A stretch of DNA of 64,000 nucleotides from Eubacteriales bacterium. Lineage in GTDB: Bacteria > Bacillota > Clostridia > Oscillospirales > CAG-382. The notes beneath the pieces are model-generated. The model was not told the origin of the DNA and made no database searches. It saw nothing but the letters and a program-made list of their open reading frames with translations. Every line of letters starts with the position of its first letter. The stretch's first letter is position 1. Both the position numbers and the translations under genes were made by a program. Positions 39,435 through 47,941 of the stretch are shown here, one piece after another. The DNA lies in assembly GCA_045540015.1 (NCBI GenBank), contig JAZQGP010000004.1, forward strand, positions 30,880 to 94,879, given 5' to 3'.

Positions 39435-40085
39435 TTATCTGTCTATTACCTGAAGTGCTTTTCTTATAATTTCTTCTGCAGTCTTGCCTGTAACCTTTGA
39501 CACGGCTTTCTGCGCCTCGTGCTTGGTATAGCCGAGGTTTGTAAGAGCCTCTGCAGCGAGCTTTTGCTCTTCCGACAGCGCCTTTTCGTCCTTAGCTGAC
39601 GAAATCTCAGCCGAAGCACTGCCGTAACCTACGCTGTTCTCAAGCATGAATTTTTCAAGCTTTCCTGCAAGGTCAATACAAATTTTCTGTGCAGCCTTCT
39701 GACCGACTCCCTGAGCTCTTGTTATTGCCTTTGTGTCGTCAGACGCTATCGCCGTACACAAGTCTTCAACCGACAGTACCGACAACACCGCAAGTGCTGC
39801 TCTTGTTCCTATGCCCGATACTGTCTGCAGAAGCTTAAACATTGCAAGCTCGCTTTCACTTGCAAAGCCAAACAGCTCAAACAAACTCTGGTCGACCATT
39901 CTCTGCATTGTATACATTTTCACGGGCATTTGGGATATTTCTCCGGTTGACTGAAAAGCACCTTGCGATACAAGCGTTTCGTAGGTTGTTGCAGTAATCA
40001 TCAAGTTATATCCTATGCCGCCCGCTTCAACAACGGCTCTGTCGCGGAAAAGCTCCTCAAGCGTTCCTTTAATGTAGTACATCAA
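39435..40085 (-). CDS. ruvA: Holliday junction DNA helicase RuvA
   Basis: OB N-domain 'YIKGTL', HhH 'VSGIGTRAALAVL' and 'GVGQKAAQKI', immediately upstream of ruvB. Confidence 0.92.
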   Translation of the reverse strand: MMYYIKGTLEELFRDRAVVEAGGIGYNLMITATTYETLVSQGAFQSTGEISQMPVKMYTMQRMVDQSLFELFGFASESELAMFKLLQTVSGIGTRAALAVLSVLSVEDLCTAIASDDTKAITRAQGVGQKAAQKICIDLAGKLEKFMLENSVGYGSASAEISSAKDEKALSEEQKLAAEALTNLGYTKHEAQKAVSKVTGKTAEEIIRKALQVIDR

Positions 40086-40105
40086 TTGATAAAACCACCT
40101 TTTTA

Positions 40106-40936
40106 TCAGTCAAGATATGCCAGTGCGCTTTCGGGAAGCTCTTCACGAGTAAGCTCAATTTCGAGCTTTCCCGCCGCATGGGGCGCAATTTCTTGCTCAT
40201 TATACCATATCTTCATTCCGTTTTCTGTAAACACCCATGTATCAACTGCGATGTTGATAAGGTTTGTCTGTATAAAGCTGTCCTGCACTGTGTCGGGGTA
40301 CTTTGCATCTAGCTTTTCTCTTAGCATAGCGTCATACAGCGGGGTTTTTTCGTCATCGTCGATTGGGAAAAAATCCTCAAGAAAAAGCTGCTTTCCTGTT
40401 ACGGCATCAAAGTTGTACGAAAAGTCCATATATGTGGGATATGCTCCGCCTGCATTATAATATACATGTTCAACAAAGCACACATACTTTCCGCCGCTGC
40501 TTTCAACATCGTATTTTGCTTCGAGTGCCCACGGAAGACCTGTCATGTTTTCGCCTGTAAACGACTCGAGCAAGCCGTTTTTGAGAGATTCTGCCTGAAG
40601 CTCATTGCGTTCATAGGATGCTTTCATAACAGATGAGATGTTTTTTGCCGCATCGTGGTACCCTGAGTGCTGTGCTGTTACTCTGATTCTTTCTACGGTC
40701 TTTGTGAATATCAAATTTCCTGTGTCTTTTAGCGTAATTGTATCTGTTGTAGGCTCGATTTTCATAGAGTATTCGGGCGTTGGAAGTTCTTCGTCATTCC
40801 GATTTCCCTCATCAATTATATCTTGTCCTTGTTGTACATTGTTGTTGTCGAGCGGCTGTGTATCTGTGTTTCGGCAGGAAGTAAACGCAACAAGCATGCC
40901 TGCACATATAATGGCCGCAACAATTTTCTTTTTCAT
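40106..40936 (-). CDS. DUF3298/DUF4163-like lipoprotein (RsiV-type fold)
   Basis: Lipobox 'VAFTSC' and 'YNAGGAYPTYMDFSYNFD...GKQL.LEDFF' typical of DUF3298. ATG at 40936 preferred over the upstream GTG. Confidence 0.6.
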   Translation of the reverse strand: MKKKIVAAIICAGMLVAFTSCRNTDTQPLDNNNVQQGQDIIDEGNRNDEELPTPEYSMKIEPTTDTITLKDTGNLIFTKTVERIRVTAQHSGYHDAAKNISSVMKASYERNELQAESLKNGLLESFTGENMTGLPWALEAKYDVESSGGKYVCFVEHVYYNAGGAYPTYMDFSYNFDAVTGKQLFLEDFFPIDDDEKTPLYDAMLREKLDAKYPDTVQDSFIQTNLINIAVDTWVFTENGMKIWYNEQEIAPHAAGKLEIELTREELPESALAYLD

Positions 40937-40964
40937 AAATTTCGCTATCCTTTCTTTTTTCACA

Positions 40965-40982
40965 ATGTTTCACGTGAAACAT
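40965..40982. repeat. perfect 18-bp palindrome ATGTTTCACGTGAAACAT (copy 1)
   Basis: Lies between the M23 peptidase stop and the DUF3298 lipoprotein start. Confidence 0.9.
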
Positions 40983-40990
40983 ATAAAAGT

Positions 40991-42883
40991 CTATTCGCTT
41001 ATATAATCGCCGGGGTCACGTGTTCTTCCGTCAACCAACACTTCAAAATGCAGGTGCACTCCTGTGACATATCCTGTGCTTCCCATAGCTGCAATAACAT
41101 CTCCTTGTGCCACTCTCTGGCCTTCCTCTACATAAACCTCGTTGCAATGAGCGTATCTTGTTACCGTTCCGTCGTCGTGGAGAATCTGTATGCTCAGACC
41201 GTAGCCTGAATCGTCGTGGCGTGCGTGTATTATTTCTCCTCCGTCGGAAGCCAGAATATCTGTGCCGAGCTGTGAAGCGATATCATATCCCTTGTGGAAT
41301 TCGTTGCTGTTTCCCATGATGCGCCATCCGTAACCGCTTGTATTAATACCTTCTGCCGGCATAATATACGTACCGGTTGACTTTGTTCTCTTTTCATCTT
41401 CGGTCATAGGACGCGTTCCGACCAGAAGAACTTCTGAAACGGGTGGTGTCACGATTTCTTCGGCAAGCAGTTTTCTTGATACTTCTTCTCCGTCAAGGTA
41501 TCCGACTGTGTACGTAACGTTTTTAACACCGTTTACGCCGTGAACTCCCATTCTTGTTCTGCCTTCCACAAGGTTTGGCTCTTCTGCTCGCACTGTATCG
41601 TATGGTATGGGCTCTTGAACGACAACGGTTCTTTCGATAACAACGCTGAGGGTGGTTGTTGAGTTCTGAGGTTCTGTTGAACCGATATTTTCGGATACAA
41701 TGTCTGTGACGGAACTTTCGTCTGCTGCGTTTCTGTCGGGCAGTGCGTTTGTTACACTTATATCTCCCGTTGTTGGTTGTTCTCCTGATATTGGCGTGAG
41801 CGAAAACATTTCTCTTATTTCGTTTTCTGTCATGAACAGTGTGTCGGGATACAGCCCCGATGCAACTGTCATATTATTGTAATAGGTAACACTGTCGAGA
41901 TCTATTCCGCTGTCAAGAAGGCTTGCCTTTTTAGCTTCGAGACTGTCGTTGACGGCTTTGTCCAGCCATGCTTTATATGGAGATGCGCACACCAGCATGT
42001 CGTCAACATAAAGACCGTAGCCCTCGGACATTGAGGATAATGACGCATCTCTGAATATTTTGTTGATTTCGGCGGGCTGCATTACGCTTGAAAGGTCTGC
42101 AGTGACAGGCTTGTAGGTTATGGAGCAATCAAGAGTATATGATCTTCCGAGCAGCAGCGACTCTGTTTCTTCAAACGTGCGTCGGGCACGTTCTATTATT
42201 TCAACGCTTTCTACACGCCCCGCGTGCTCTCCATCTATATACACGTCGAGTAAGGGAGCTTTTTCTACACTTGCATGTATGGTGTATGAAACACCGACCA
42301 GCGTACCGACACAAAGCGCATACGTAAGAGCTTTGCAAAGAAATGTGCCAACACCCTTTATTCCGATATGACTATATTCCATGTGTCTCCAGAATGATTT
42401 CGCCTTGCCTTTAACCGGGGTTGCGGCAATTGCCGTAATATCCGCAGTCCTTTTTGCGGCGGGAATTAGTTCAAGAAGCTTTATTGCGGCAGACCACTTA
42501 TTATGCCGCCACATTACGCTTCCGTGTCTGAACCAATTATCCGGATGCCGGTATATATTACGGTAGCGCTCCTTAAGCTGTGCACCGGAGGTATAGTATT
42601 TGTCGTTGCAGTACAGGTAAGCGGCGTTATATGCGCTTTCAAATCTCGAAAGCTTGTTGCTTCTGAAGCTTTTGTACAGCTCCTTGAAGTTTGGTTGCGC
42701 TGAAAATGTTTCACGTGAAACATTTTGCCCGCCAAGAACATTTGTTCTCGGCGTCTTTTCTTCTGTACTGTTGTTTTGGGTTGCAGTACCTCTTTTCAAA
42801 TAACGGCTCCTTTCGGCTGCAGACGGCGTTTTTATCAATTGGGTATATGCCTCTACAATAATACAGTATACATTATATACCAA
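40991..42883 (-). CDS. membrane-anchored G5-domain M23 (LytM-type) peptidase
   Basis: One TM helix, a G5 domain ('GVKNVTYTVGYLDGEEVSRK...VLLVGT'), and M23 motifs 'HKGYDIA' and 'GVHLHFEV'. The start is uncertain because the first about 60 codons contain a 24-bp palindrome. Confidence 0.8.
   Translation of the reverse strand: MVYNVYCIIVEAYTQLIKTPSAAERSRYLKRGTATQNNSTEEKTPRTNVLGGQNVSRETFSAQPNFKELYKSFRSNKLSRFESAYNAAYLYCNDKYYTSGAQLKERYRNIYRHPDNWFRHGSVMWRHNKWSAAIKLLELIPAAKRTADITAIAATPVKGKAKSFWRHMEYSHIGIKGVGTFLCKALTYALCVGTLVGVSYTIHASVEKAPLLDVYIDGEHAGRVESVEIIERARRTFEETESLLLGRSYTLDCSITYKPVTADLSSVMQPAEINKIFRDASLSSMSEGYGLYVDDMLVCASPYKAWLDKAVNDSLEAKKASLLDSGIDLDSVTYYNNMTVASGLYPDTLFMTENEIREMFSLTPISGEQPTTGDISVTNALPDRNAADESSVTDIVSENIGSTEPQNSTTTLSVVIERTVVVQEPIPYDTVRAEEPNLVEGRTRMGVHGVNGVKNVTYTVGYLDGEEVSRKLLAEEIVTPPVSEVLLVGTRPMTEDEKRTKSTGTYIMPAEGINTSGYGWRIMGNSNEFHKGYDIASQLGTDILASDGGEIIHARHDDSGYGLSIQILHDDGTVTRYAHCNEVYVEEGQRVAQGDVIAAMGSTGYVTGVHLHFEVLVDGRTRDPGDYISE
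42703..42726. repeat. perfect 24-bp palindrome AAAATGTTTCACGTGAAACATTTT (copy 2; contains the same 18-mer)
   Basis: Lies about 160 nt inside the 5' end of the longest M23 peptidase ORF. Confidence 0.9.
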
Positions 42884-43084
42884 ATAAACAAAAAAATCAA
42901 GTCAATATCTGCACAACGACAGCAAAATGGGATAATATAGTTAAAGGAAACACAAAGTTACGGGGTTTTTGCAGTAAAATTTACTATACATTAAAATTTT
43001 AACCAAAATTTGTGATAAAATGTTCTCATAAACATAATTTGTCCGTTTTGATGAAGGGCAATTACAGAAAGGAACAGGTATATT

Positions 43085-43906
43085 ATGAAAACATTACCCG
43101 TTGGATTGCAGTTATACACTGTAAGAACAGAAATGCAGAAGGATGTTGCCGCAACACTCAAGGCTGTAAAAAGCGCAGGCTATGACTACGTTGAGCCCGC
43201 AGGCTTATTCGGTCTTTCCGGAAAAGAATTCCGTGCACTACTTGATGAAATCGGACTTTGTGCTGTATGCGCTCACGTTCCCTTTGTTGAAATGCTTGCA
43301 AACCCTGAAAGCGTAATTGACACATACATCGAAATCGGCTGCAAGTATTTAGCGGTTCCGTATCTTGGCGAAGGACAGCGTCCCGGAGATGACGGCTTTG
43401 ACAAGGTTCTTGCGGACATTGACAAGTTCGGTGCTCTCTGCCACAGCAAGGGACTTACACTTCTTTACCACAACCACGATTTTGAATTTGTAAAAATGCC
43501 AGACGGCACATATGGTCTTGATTATATGTATGCAAGCGTCAGCTCAGATAATCTCCAGACAGAGCTTGACACCTGCTGGGTAAACGTAGGCGGTGAAAAT
43601 CCCGCTGATTACATAAGAAAGTATGCAGGCAGATGTCCTGTTGTTCACCTCAAGGATTTTGTCGGAAGCAAGTCCGAAAACATGTATGAGCTTATTGGAA
43701 TAAAGTCCGAAAAGAAGGAAGAAGCTCAGAACACCTTTAAGTTTGCGCCTGTCGGTGCGGGAAAGCAGGATTTCCCGGCAATTCTCGAAGCTGCTGTTGA
43801 AAGCGGTGCAGAATATGTTATCGTTGAACAGGACCAGACATACGAGCTGCCCTGTCTTGATGCTGCAAAGCAAAGCCGCGACTATTTAAAAACCCTCGGC
43901 TGGTAA
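43085..43906 (+). CDS. sugar phosphate isomerase/epimerase (xylose isomerase-like TIM barrel)
   Basis: 273 aa, 'LQLYTVR...' start and 'HNHDFEF' metal motif typical of the family. Confidence 0.8.
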   Translation: MKTLPVGLQLYTVRTEMQKDVAATLKAVKSAGYDYVEPAGLFGLSGKEFRALLDEIGLCAVCAHVPFVEMLANPESVIDTYIEIGCKYLAVPYLGEGQRPGDDGFDKVLADIDKFGALCHSKGLTLLYHNHDFEFVKMPDGTYGLDYMYASVSSDNLQTELDTCWVNVGGENPADYIRKYAGRCPVVHLKDFVGSKSENMYELIGIKSEKKEEAQNTFKFAPVGAGKQDFPAILEAAVESGAEYVIVEQDQTYELPCLDAAKQSRDYLKTLGW

Positions 43907-43907
43907 G

Positions 43908-43992
43908 CAGCGTGACGCTCGACGCTTTTTGAAAAAAGCTTGGCAAAAACATTTCCACGGTGAAATTGATGTTTAAACAACATCAATTTCAC
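43908..43992. repeat. mosaic repeat, short copy E (S-variant + H)
   Basis: H hairpin at 43960-43992 is identical to the one at 36877-36909. S-variant gctttttgaaaaaagc at 43924-43939. Confidence 0.75.
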
Positions 43993-44141
43993 AAAAGTGC
44001 ATATTTAAGCAAATCTAAAAACGGGAATGTTTAAATCTTGTTTTCAGTAAGAAACACACGCAGTCCGCAATTTCACATTTCGCCTTAGCATTATTTAATT
44101 TCAAATATCAACATAATCATTTCCCGAAAGGACAGAAAATA

Positions 44142-45008
44142 ATGAAAAAACTCCCTTTTAACCTTGACCTTGGCGGCAAGGTAGTAGTAATCACGGGCGC
44201 AGGCGGAGTACTTTGCTCCGGCTTTGCAAAAACAGCAGCAGCATGCAACGCGAAGGTTGCAGTTCTCGACCTCAATCTTGATGCAGCACAGGCAGTTGCA
44301 GACGAAATCATAAAGGACGGCGGCACTGCAATCGCAGTAAAGGCAAACGTTCTTGAAACTGCAAGCATGGAAGAAGCAAAGAAGACCGTTGACAAAAAGC
44401 TCGGCTCCTGCGACATTCTTATAAACGGCGCAGGCGGAAATAACCCCAAAGGCACAACAACTAAGGAATACCTCTTTGAAGAAGACCTTGAAAACAACGC
44501 TGAAATAAGCGGAATCAAAACCTTCTTCGACCTTGATCCCGACGGAATTTCCTTCGTGTTCAACCTCAACTTCCTCGGAACTCTTATTCCTACTCAGGTT
44601 TTTGCAAAGGACATGGCAAAGAAAACCGGAACAAGCATCATTAATGTTTCCTCCATGAATGCCTTCTGTCCTCTTACAAAGATTCCGGCATACAGCGGTG
44701 CAAAGGCTGCAGTATCAAACTTTACCCAGTGGCTTGCAGTTCACTTCTCTAAGGTTGGCATACGCGTAAACGCAATTGCTCCCGGCTTTTTTGCAACCAA
44801 TCAGAACAAAGCTCTTCTCTACAACGAGGACGGAACTCTTACGCCCAGAAGCGACAAAATTCTTTCACACACACCTATGGGACGCTTCGGCACACCTGAG
44901 GACCTTGACGGTGCTCTTCAGTTCCTTCTCAATGAGGATGCATCTGCTTTCGTAAACGGCGTTGTTCTTCCTGTTGACGGAGGCTTTGCGGCTTATTCCG
45001 GCGTTTAA
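44142..45008 (+). CDS. SDR-family oxidoreductase (UxuB-like long-loop subtype)
   Basis: 'TGAGGVLC' Rossmann motif, 'YSGAK' catalytic Tyr-Lys, 288 aa. Confidence 0.85.
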   Translation: MKKLPFNLDLGGKVVVITGAGGVLCSGFAKTAAACNAKVAVLDLNLDAAQAVADEIIKDGGTAIAVKANVLETASMEEAKKTVDKKLGSCDILINGAGGNNPKGTTTKEYLFEEDLENNAEISGIKTFFDLDPDGISFVFNLNFLGTLIPTQVFAKDMAKKTGTSIINVSSMNAFCPLTKIPAYSGAKAAVSNFTQWLAVHFSKVGIRVNAIAPGFFATNQNKALLYNEDGTLTPRSDKILSHTPMGRFGTPEDLDGALQFLLNEDASAFVNGVVLPVDGGFAAYSGV

Positions 45009-45039
45009 CAGGCAAGAGATAAAGCCGATTTCAGAACAT

Positions 45040-45085
45040 AACAGATGTACATGTCTGTTTTTGCCGGAGAATATGCATCTCCGGC
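45040..45085 (+). terminator. terminator region after the SDR gene (two hairpins)
   Basis: aacagatgtacatgtctgtt + ttttt, then gccggaga-atatgca-tctccggc. Confidence 0.6.
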
Positions 45086-45130
45086 ATCTTATTTATAATA
45101 TTAAATTTTAACAATCATGAGGTGTGTAGA

Positions 45131-46141
45131 ATGCCGTTAAAGCAAGATGACGTATTTCTCTCTCATTTCAGAAACAGCCCGGCACTGCAAGAAGCAGCAA
45201 AGCACCTTGACGTAAAGCTTCCGGGGATTATATGCAGTAAAACAGGCAACATTCTTTTTATAAACGAAAGAGCAAAGTATATGTCGGTGAAAACCAATAT
45301 ATCAAACGTTCTTGACATGTTTTCTTCTGCGGAACGCAACAAAATAGAATTTGCTTTGTCCGAGAAAGCCGGATACGTACAAGAGCTTTCACAAATAGGG
45401 GAATATCTGCTCATTTTACCGTCGGCAAACGAGCTGCGCTGCGTTATGTGGCTCAATTTGAATGCCAGAAATTATCAAGACCTTCTCTCTCTTTTGAGAG
45501 ATTCCATACATGTTATGGAATTGCTCGGCAGGGTTTTTTCGGAAAACAACAAATCCGCAGAAAAACCGCGAAGCCTGGTAAGTGAGAGAATGACAAAGCT
45601 TATTCAGCTCATTGAGCTTACAGAGCTTCCCGTAAAGCCGTATTCGGAAATACTCTGTGACCTTACTTCTCTTACCAAAATGCTGTGCGAATATGCCTCT
45701 CTTACCGTTTCGGATATTGGCGGCTCGTTTCTGTTTGATTCGCCTGCCGCGGTTTTGTCAAGAATCAACCCCGAGCTTTACGCCCTTTTGTTTTGCTCCT
45801 GCTCGAGCCTTGTCATGTGTAAGAGCGAATGCAGTAATATGCGAGTAAGCATTGAATACGAGAGCGGAGTCTCAAACCAATGTAAAGTACGCTTCTTTTG
45901 CAACGCTTTTTCTGAAGGAGCAGGAATGTTTTTATCTTTTCTGGAGTATGCCTGCTACAAGATAGGTATTGAATGCTCGTTGATGTCCGATAAAGAGATG
46001 GACCTTACCGAGTTTACTCTGGTTATAAAAACAGAAACCGATCTTGGCAATCTTCTCAAGTCCGATAAAGCTCCTTCTGACCTGTACAGCATTTCCCGAT
46101 ACATAAAACTGCTTTCGGGAAGAATATATACCGAAATATAA
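45131..46141 (+). CDS. hypothetical protein (no recognisable motif)
   Basis: Long ORF with a GAGGTG RBS 6 nt before the ATG. Codon usage resembles its neighbours. Cys-rich C-terminal half. Confidence 0.55.
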   Translation: MPLKQDDVFLSHFRNSPALQEAAKHLDVKLPGIICSKTGNILFINERAKYMSVKTNISNVLDMFSSAERNKIEFALSEKAGYVQELSQIGEYLLILPSANELRCVMWLNLNARNYQDLLSLLRDSIHVMELLGRVFSENNKSAEKPRSLVSERMTKLIQLIELTELPVKPYSEILCDLTSLTKMLCEYASLTVSDIGGSFLFDSPAAVLSRINPELYALLFCSCSSLVMCKSECSNMRVSIEYESGVSNQCKVRFFCNAFSEGAGMFLSFLEYACYKIGIECSLMSDKEMDLTEFTLVIKTETDLGNLLKSDKAPSDLYSISRYIKLLSGRIYTEI

Positions 46142-46179
46142 ATTTTGTGCATATACTGTCATAAAGGGGGTGACTCCGA

Positions 46180-46485
46180 GTGACAGTATTTCAGAGCATA
46201 ACGGAGATAATCATTTGTTTTTTTGCGGTGCTTGGGCTTCATTTTGCCGTGTCATGCATTTTTGACAGCATATCCTTCCGCAATGCTCCGTCAAAAACAT
46301 ATCTTTTCATTGAGCAATGCGACATAAAGAATCTTGAATATCTCATAAGACTTTATGAAAGCAGAATAAGTTCCGGCGAGTTTGATGATATGATTTGCGG
46401 TATAATGCTGCCGCAAAATATCGGACTTGACGATGAAACCTCGTCAAAGCTCTGCCGTGAGTTTGGAAACATATATTTCGTGTAA
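46180..46485 (+). CDS. small membrane-anchored hypothetical protein (101 aa)
   Basis: GTG start after AAAGGGGG. One N-terminal TM helix 'IIICFFAVLGLHFAV'. Lies 38 nt after the preceding unknown ORF. Confidence 0.5.
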   Translation: MTVFQSITEIIICFFAVLGLHFAVSCIFDSISFRNAPSKTYLFIEQCDIKNLEYLIRLYESRISSGEFDDMICGIMLPQNIGLDDETSSKLCREFGNIYFV

Positions 46486-46497
46486 AGTAGTAAGGAC

Positions 46498-46526
46498 TTG
46501 AAAAACACATAAAAATGTGGTACAAT
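46498..46526 (+). promoter_or_regulatory. sigma-A-type promoter for trkAH
   Basis: TTGAAA-N17-TACAAT with a TGn extended -10. Confidence 0.6.
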
Positions 46527-46576
46527 ATAGCTAAATAAAAGCAAAACATAATTTACCGTATCAAAGGATGATATAA

Positions 46577-47935
46577 ATGAGAATAATTGTATCAGGCATA
46601 GGAAAGATAGGAAAAACCATAATTTCAAGCCTCGTTTCTGAAGGACACGAGGTTATCGGCATTGACAACAACCCGGATGTTGTTCAGGAAATTACAAATC
46701 TGTACGATGCGATGTGCGTTTGCGGAAACGGTGCAGACTGCGAAACACTCACGGAAGCGGAGGTTGAAAAAGCAGAGCTTTTTGTTGCGGCGGCAGGCTC
46801 GGACGAGCTTAATATGCTAAGCTGCTTTCTTGCGCGAAAAATGGGAGCAAAGCATACAATCGCGCGTATAAGAAACCCCGAATACAACGACAACAGCCTC
46901 GGTTTCATGCGCGAACAGCTGCATCTTTCATTTTCCATAAATCCCGAGTTTTTGGCAGCACACGAGCTTTACAAAATTCTTAGATTCCCGAGTGCGGCAA
47001 ATGTTGAAACCTTTTCGGGCAGAACCTTTGAGATGATTGAGGTTGTTTTAAAGCCCGAGTCTGCACTTTGCGGACTGTCGCTAATGGAGCTGAGAAAAAA
47101 ATACGATGCAAAATTCCTTGTAGGAGCTGTACGACGCGGCGAACAGGTTTTTATTCCCGGCGGTAATTTTATACTTGAAAGCGGCGACAGAGTCGGTATT
47201 ATGTCTTCGCACTCAGAGTTGCTAAAGCTCTTCAAGATGCTGGGCATGCTGCAGAAACAGGCAAAGAATGTTATGATTCTCGGTGCCAGCAGAACAGCGT
47301 TTTATCTTGCAAAGCGTCTGCTTGCCGCAGGGAACAGCGTTAAAATCATAGAACGCAGCAGGGAAAAATGCATAGAATTCAGCAATGCACTTCCGAGTGT
47401 AAAAATGATTTGTGGTGACGGTGCTTCTCCCGAGCTTCTTCAGGAGGAAGGAATTTCACAGACAGACGCATTTGTTGCACTTACCGGCATGGACGAGCTG
47501 AATATACTTATTTCGTTCTATGCGTCAAGTCATAATGTCCCAAAGGTAATTTCAAAGGTCAACCGAAGCGAAATTGCGGCAATGGCGGAAAAGCTCGGAC
47601 TTGACTGCATTGTTTCTCCGAGAAAAATGGTGTCGGACGTTCTGACAAGATACGCAAGAGCACTTGAAAATTCACTCGGCTCAAGCGTGGAAACGCTTTA
47701 CCGAATCATGGATGACAAGGCTGAGGTGCTTGAATTCAACGTGGGCGGGGATTTTGAATATGTCAACACGCCCCTGAAGAGTATGGCACTCAAGGAAAAC
47801 GTACTTGTTGCGGGAATTGTACGCGGTAAAAATGCTATAGTTCCCTCGGGCGATGACGTTATTCTCGGCGGTGACAAGGTTATTGTTCTTGCCGAAGGAA
47901 TGAAGCTTTCCGACCTTGCGGATATAATGGAGTAA
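46577..47935 (+). CDS. trkA: Trk potassium uptake system, NAD-binding subunit TrkA
   Basis: Two RCK/TrkA-N plus TrkA-C repeats ('GIGKIGKT', 'ILGASRTAFYLA'), 452 aa. Confidence 0.9.
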   Translation: MRIIVSGIGKIGKTIISSLVSEGHEVIGIDNNPDVVQEITNLYDAMCVCGNGADCETLTEAEVEKAELFVAAAGSDELNMLSCFLARKMGAKHTIARIRNPEYNDNSLGFMREQLHLSFSINPEFLAAHELYKILRFPSAANVETFSGRTFEMIEVVLKPESALCGLSLMELRKKYDAKFLVGAVRRGEQVFIPGGNFILESGDRVGIMSSHSELLKLFKMLGMLQKQAKNVMILGASRTAFYLAKRLLAAGNSVKIIERSREKCIEFSNALPSVKMICGDGASPELLQEEGISQTDAFVALTGMDELNILISFYASSHNVPKVISKVNRSEIAAMAEKLGLDCIVSPRKMVSDVLTRYARALENSLGSSVETLYRIMDDKAEVLEFNVGGDFEYVNTPLKSMALKENVLVAGIVRGKNAIVPSGDDVILGGDKVIVLAEGMKLSDLADIME

Positions 47936-47941
47936 GCGGCT

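Noticed and set aside
42884-43084. Origin of replication at the divergent strand switch.
   Set aside because: I can see no DnaA boxes, trios or dnaA there. I kept the strand switch as an observation but did not annotate it as oriC.
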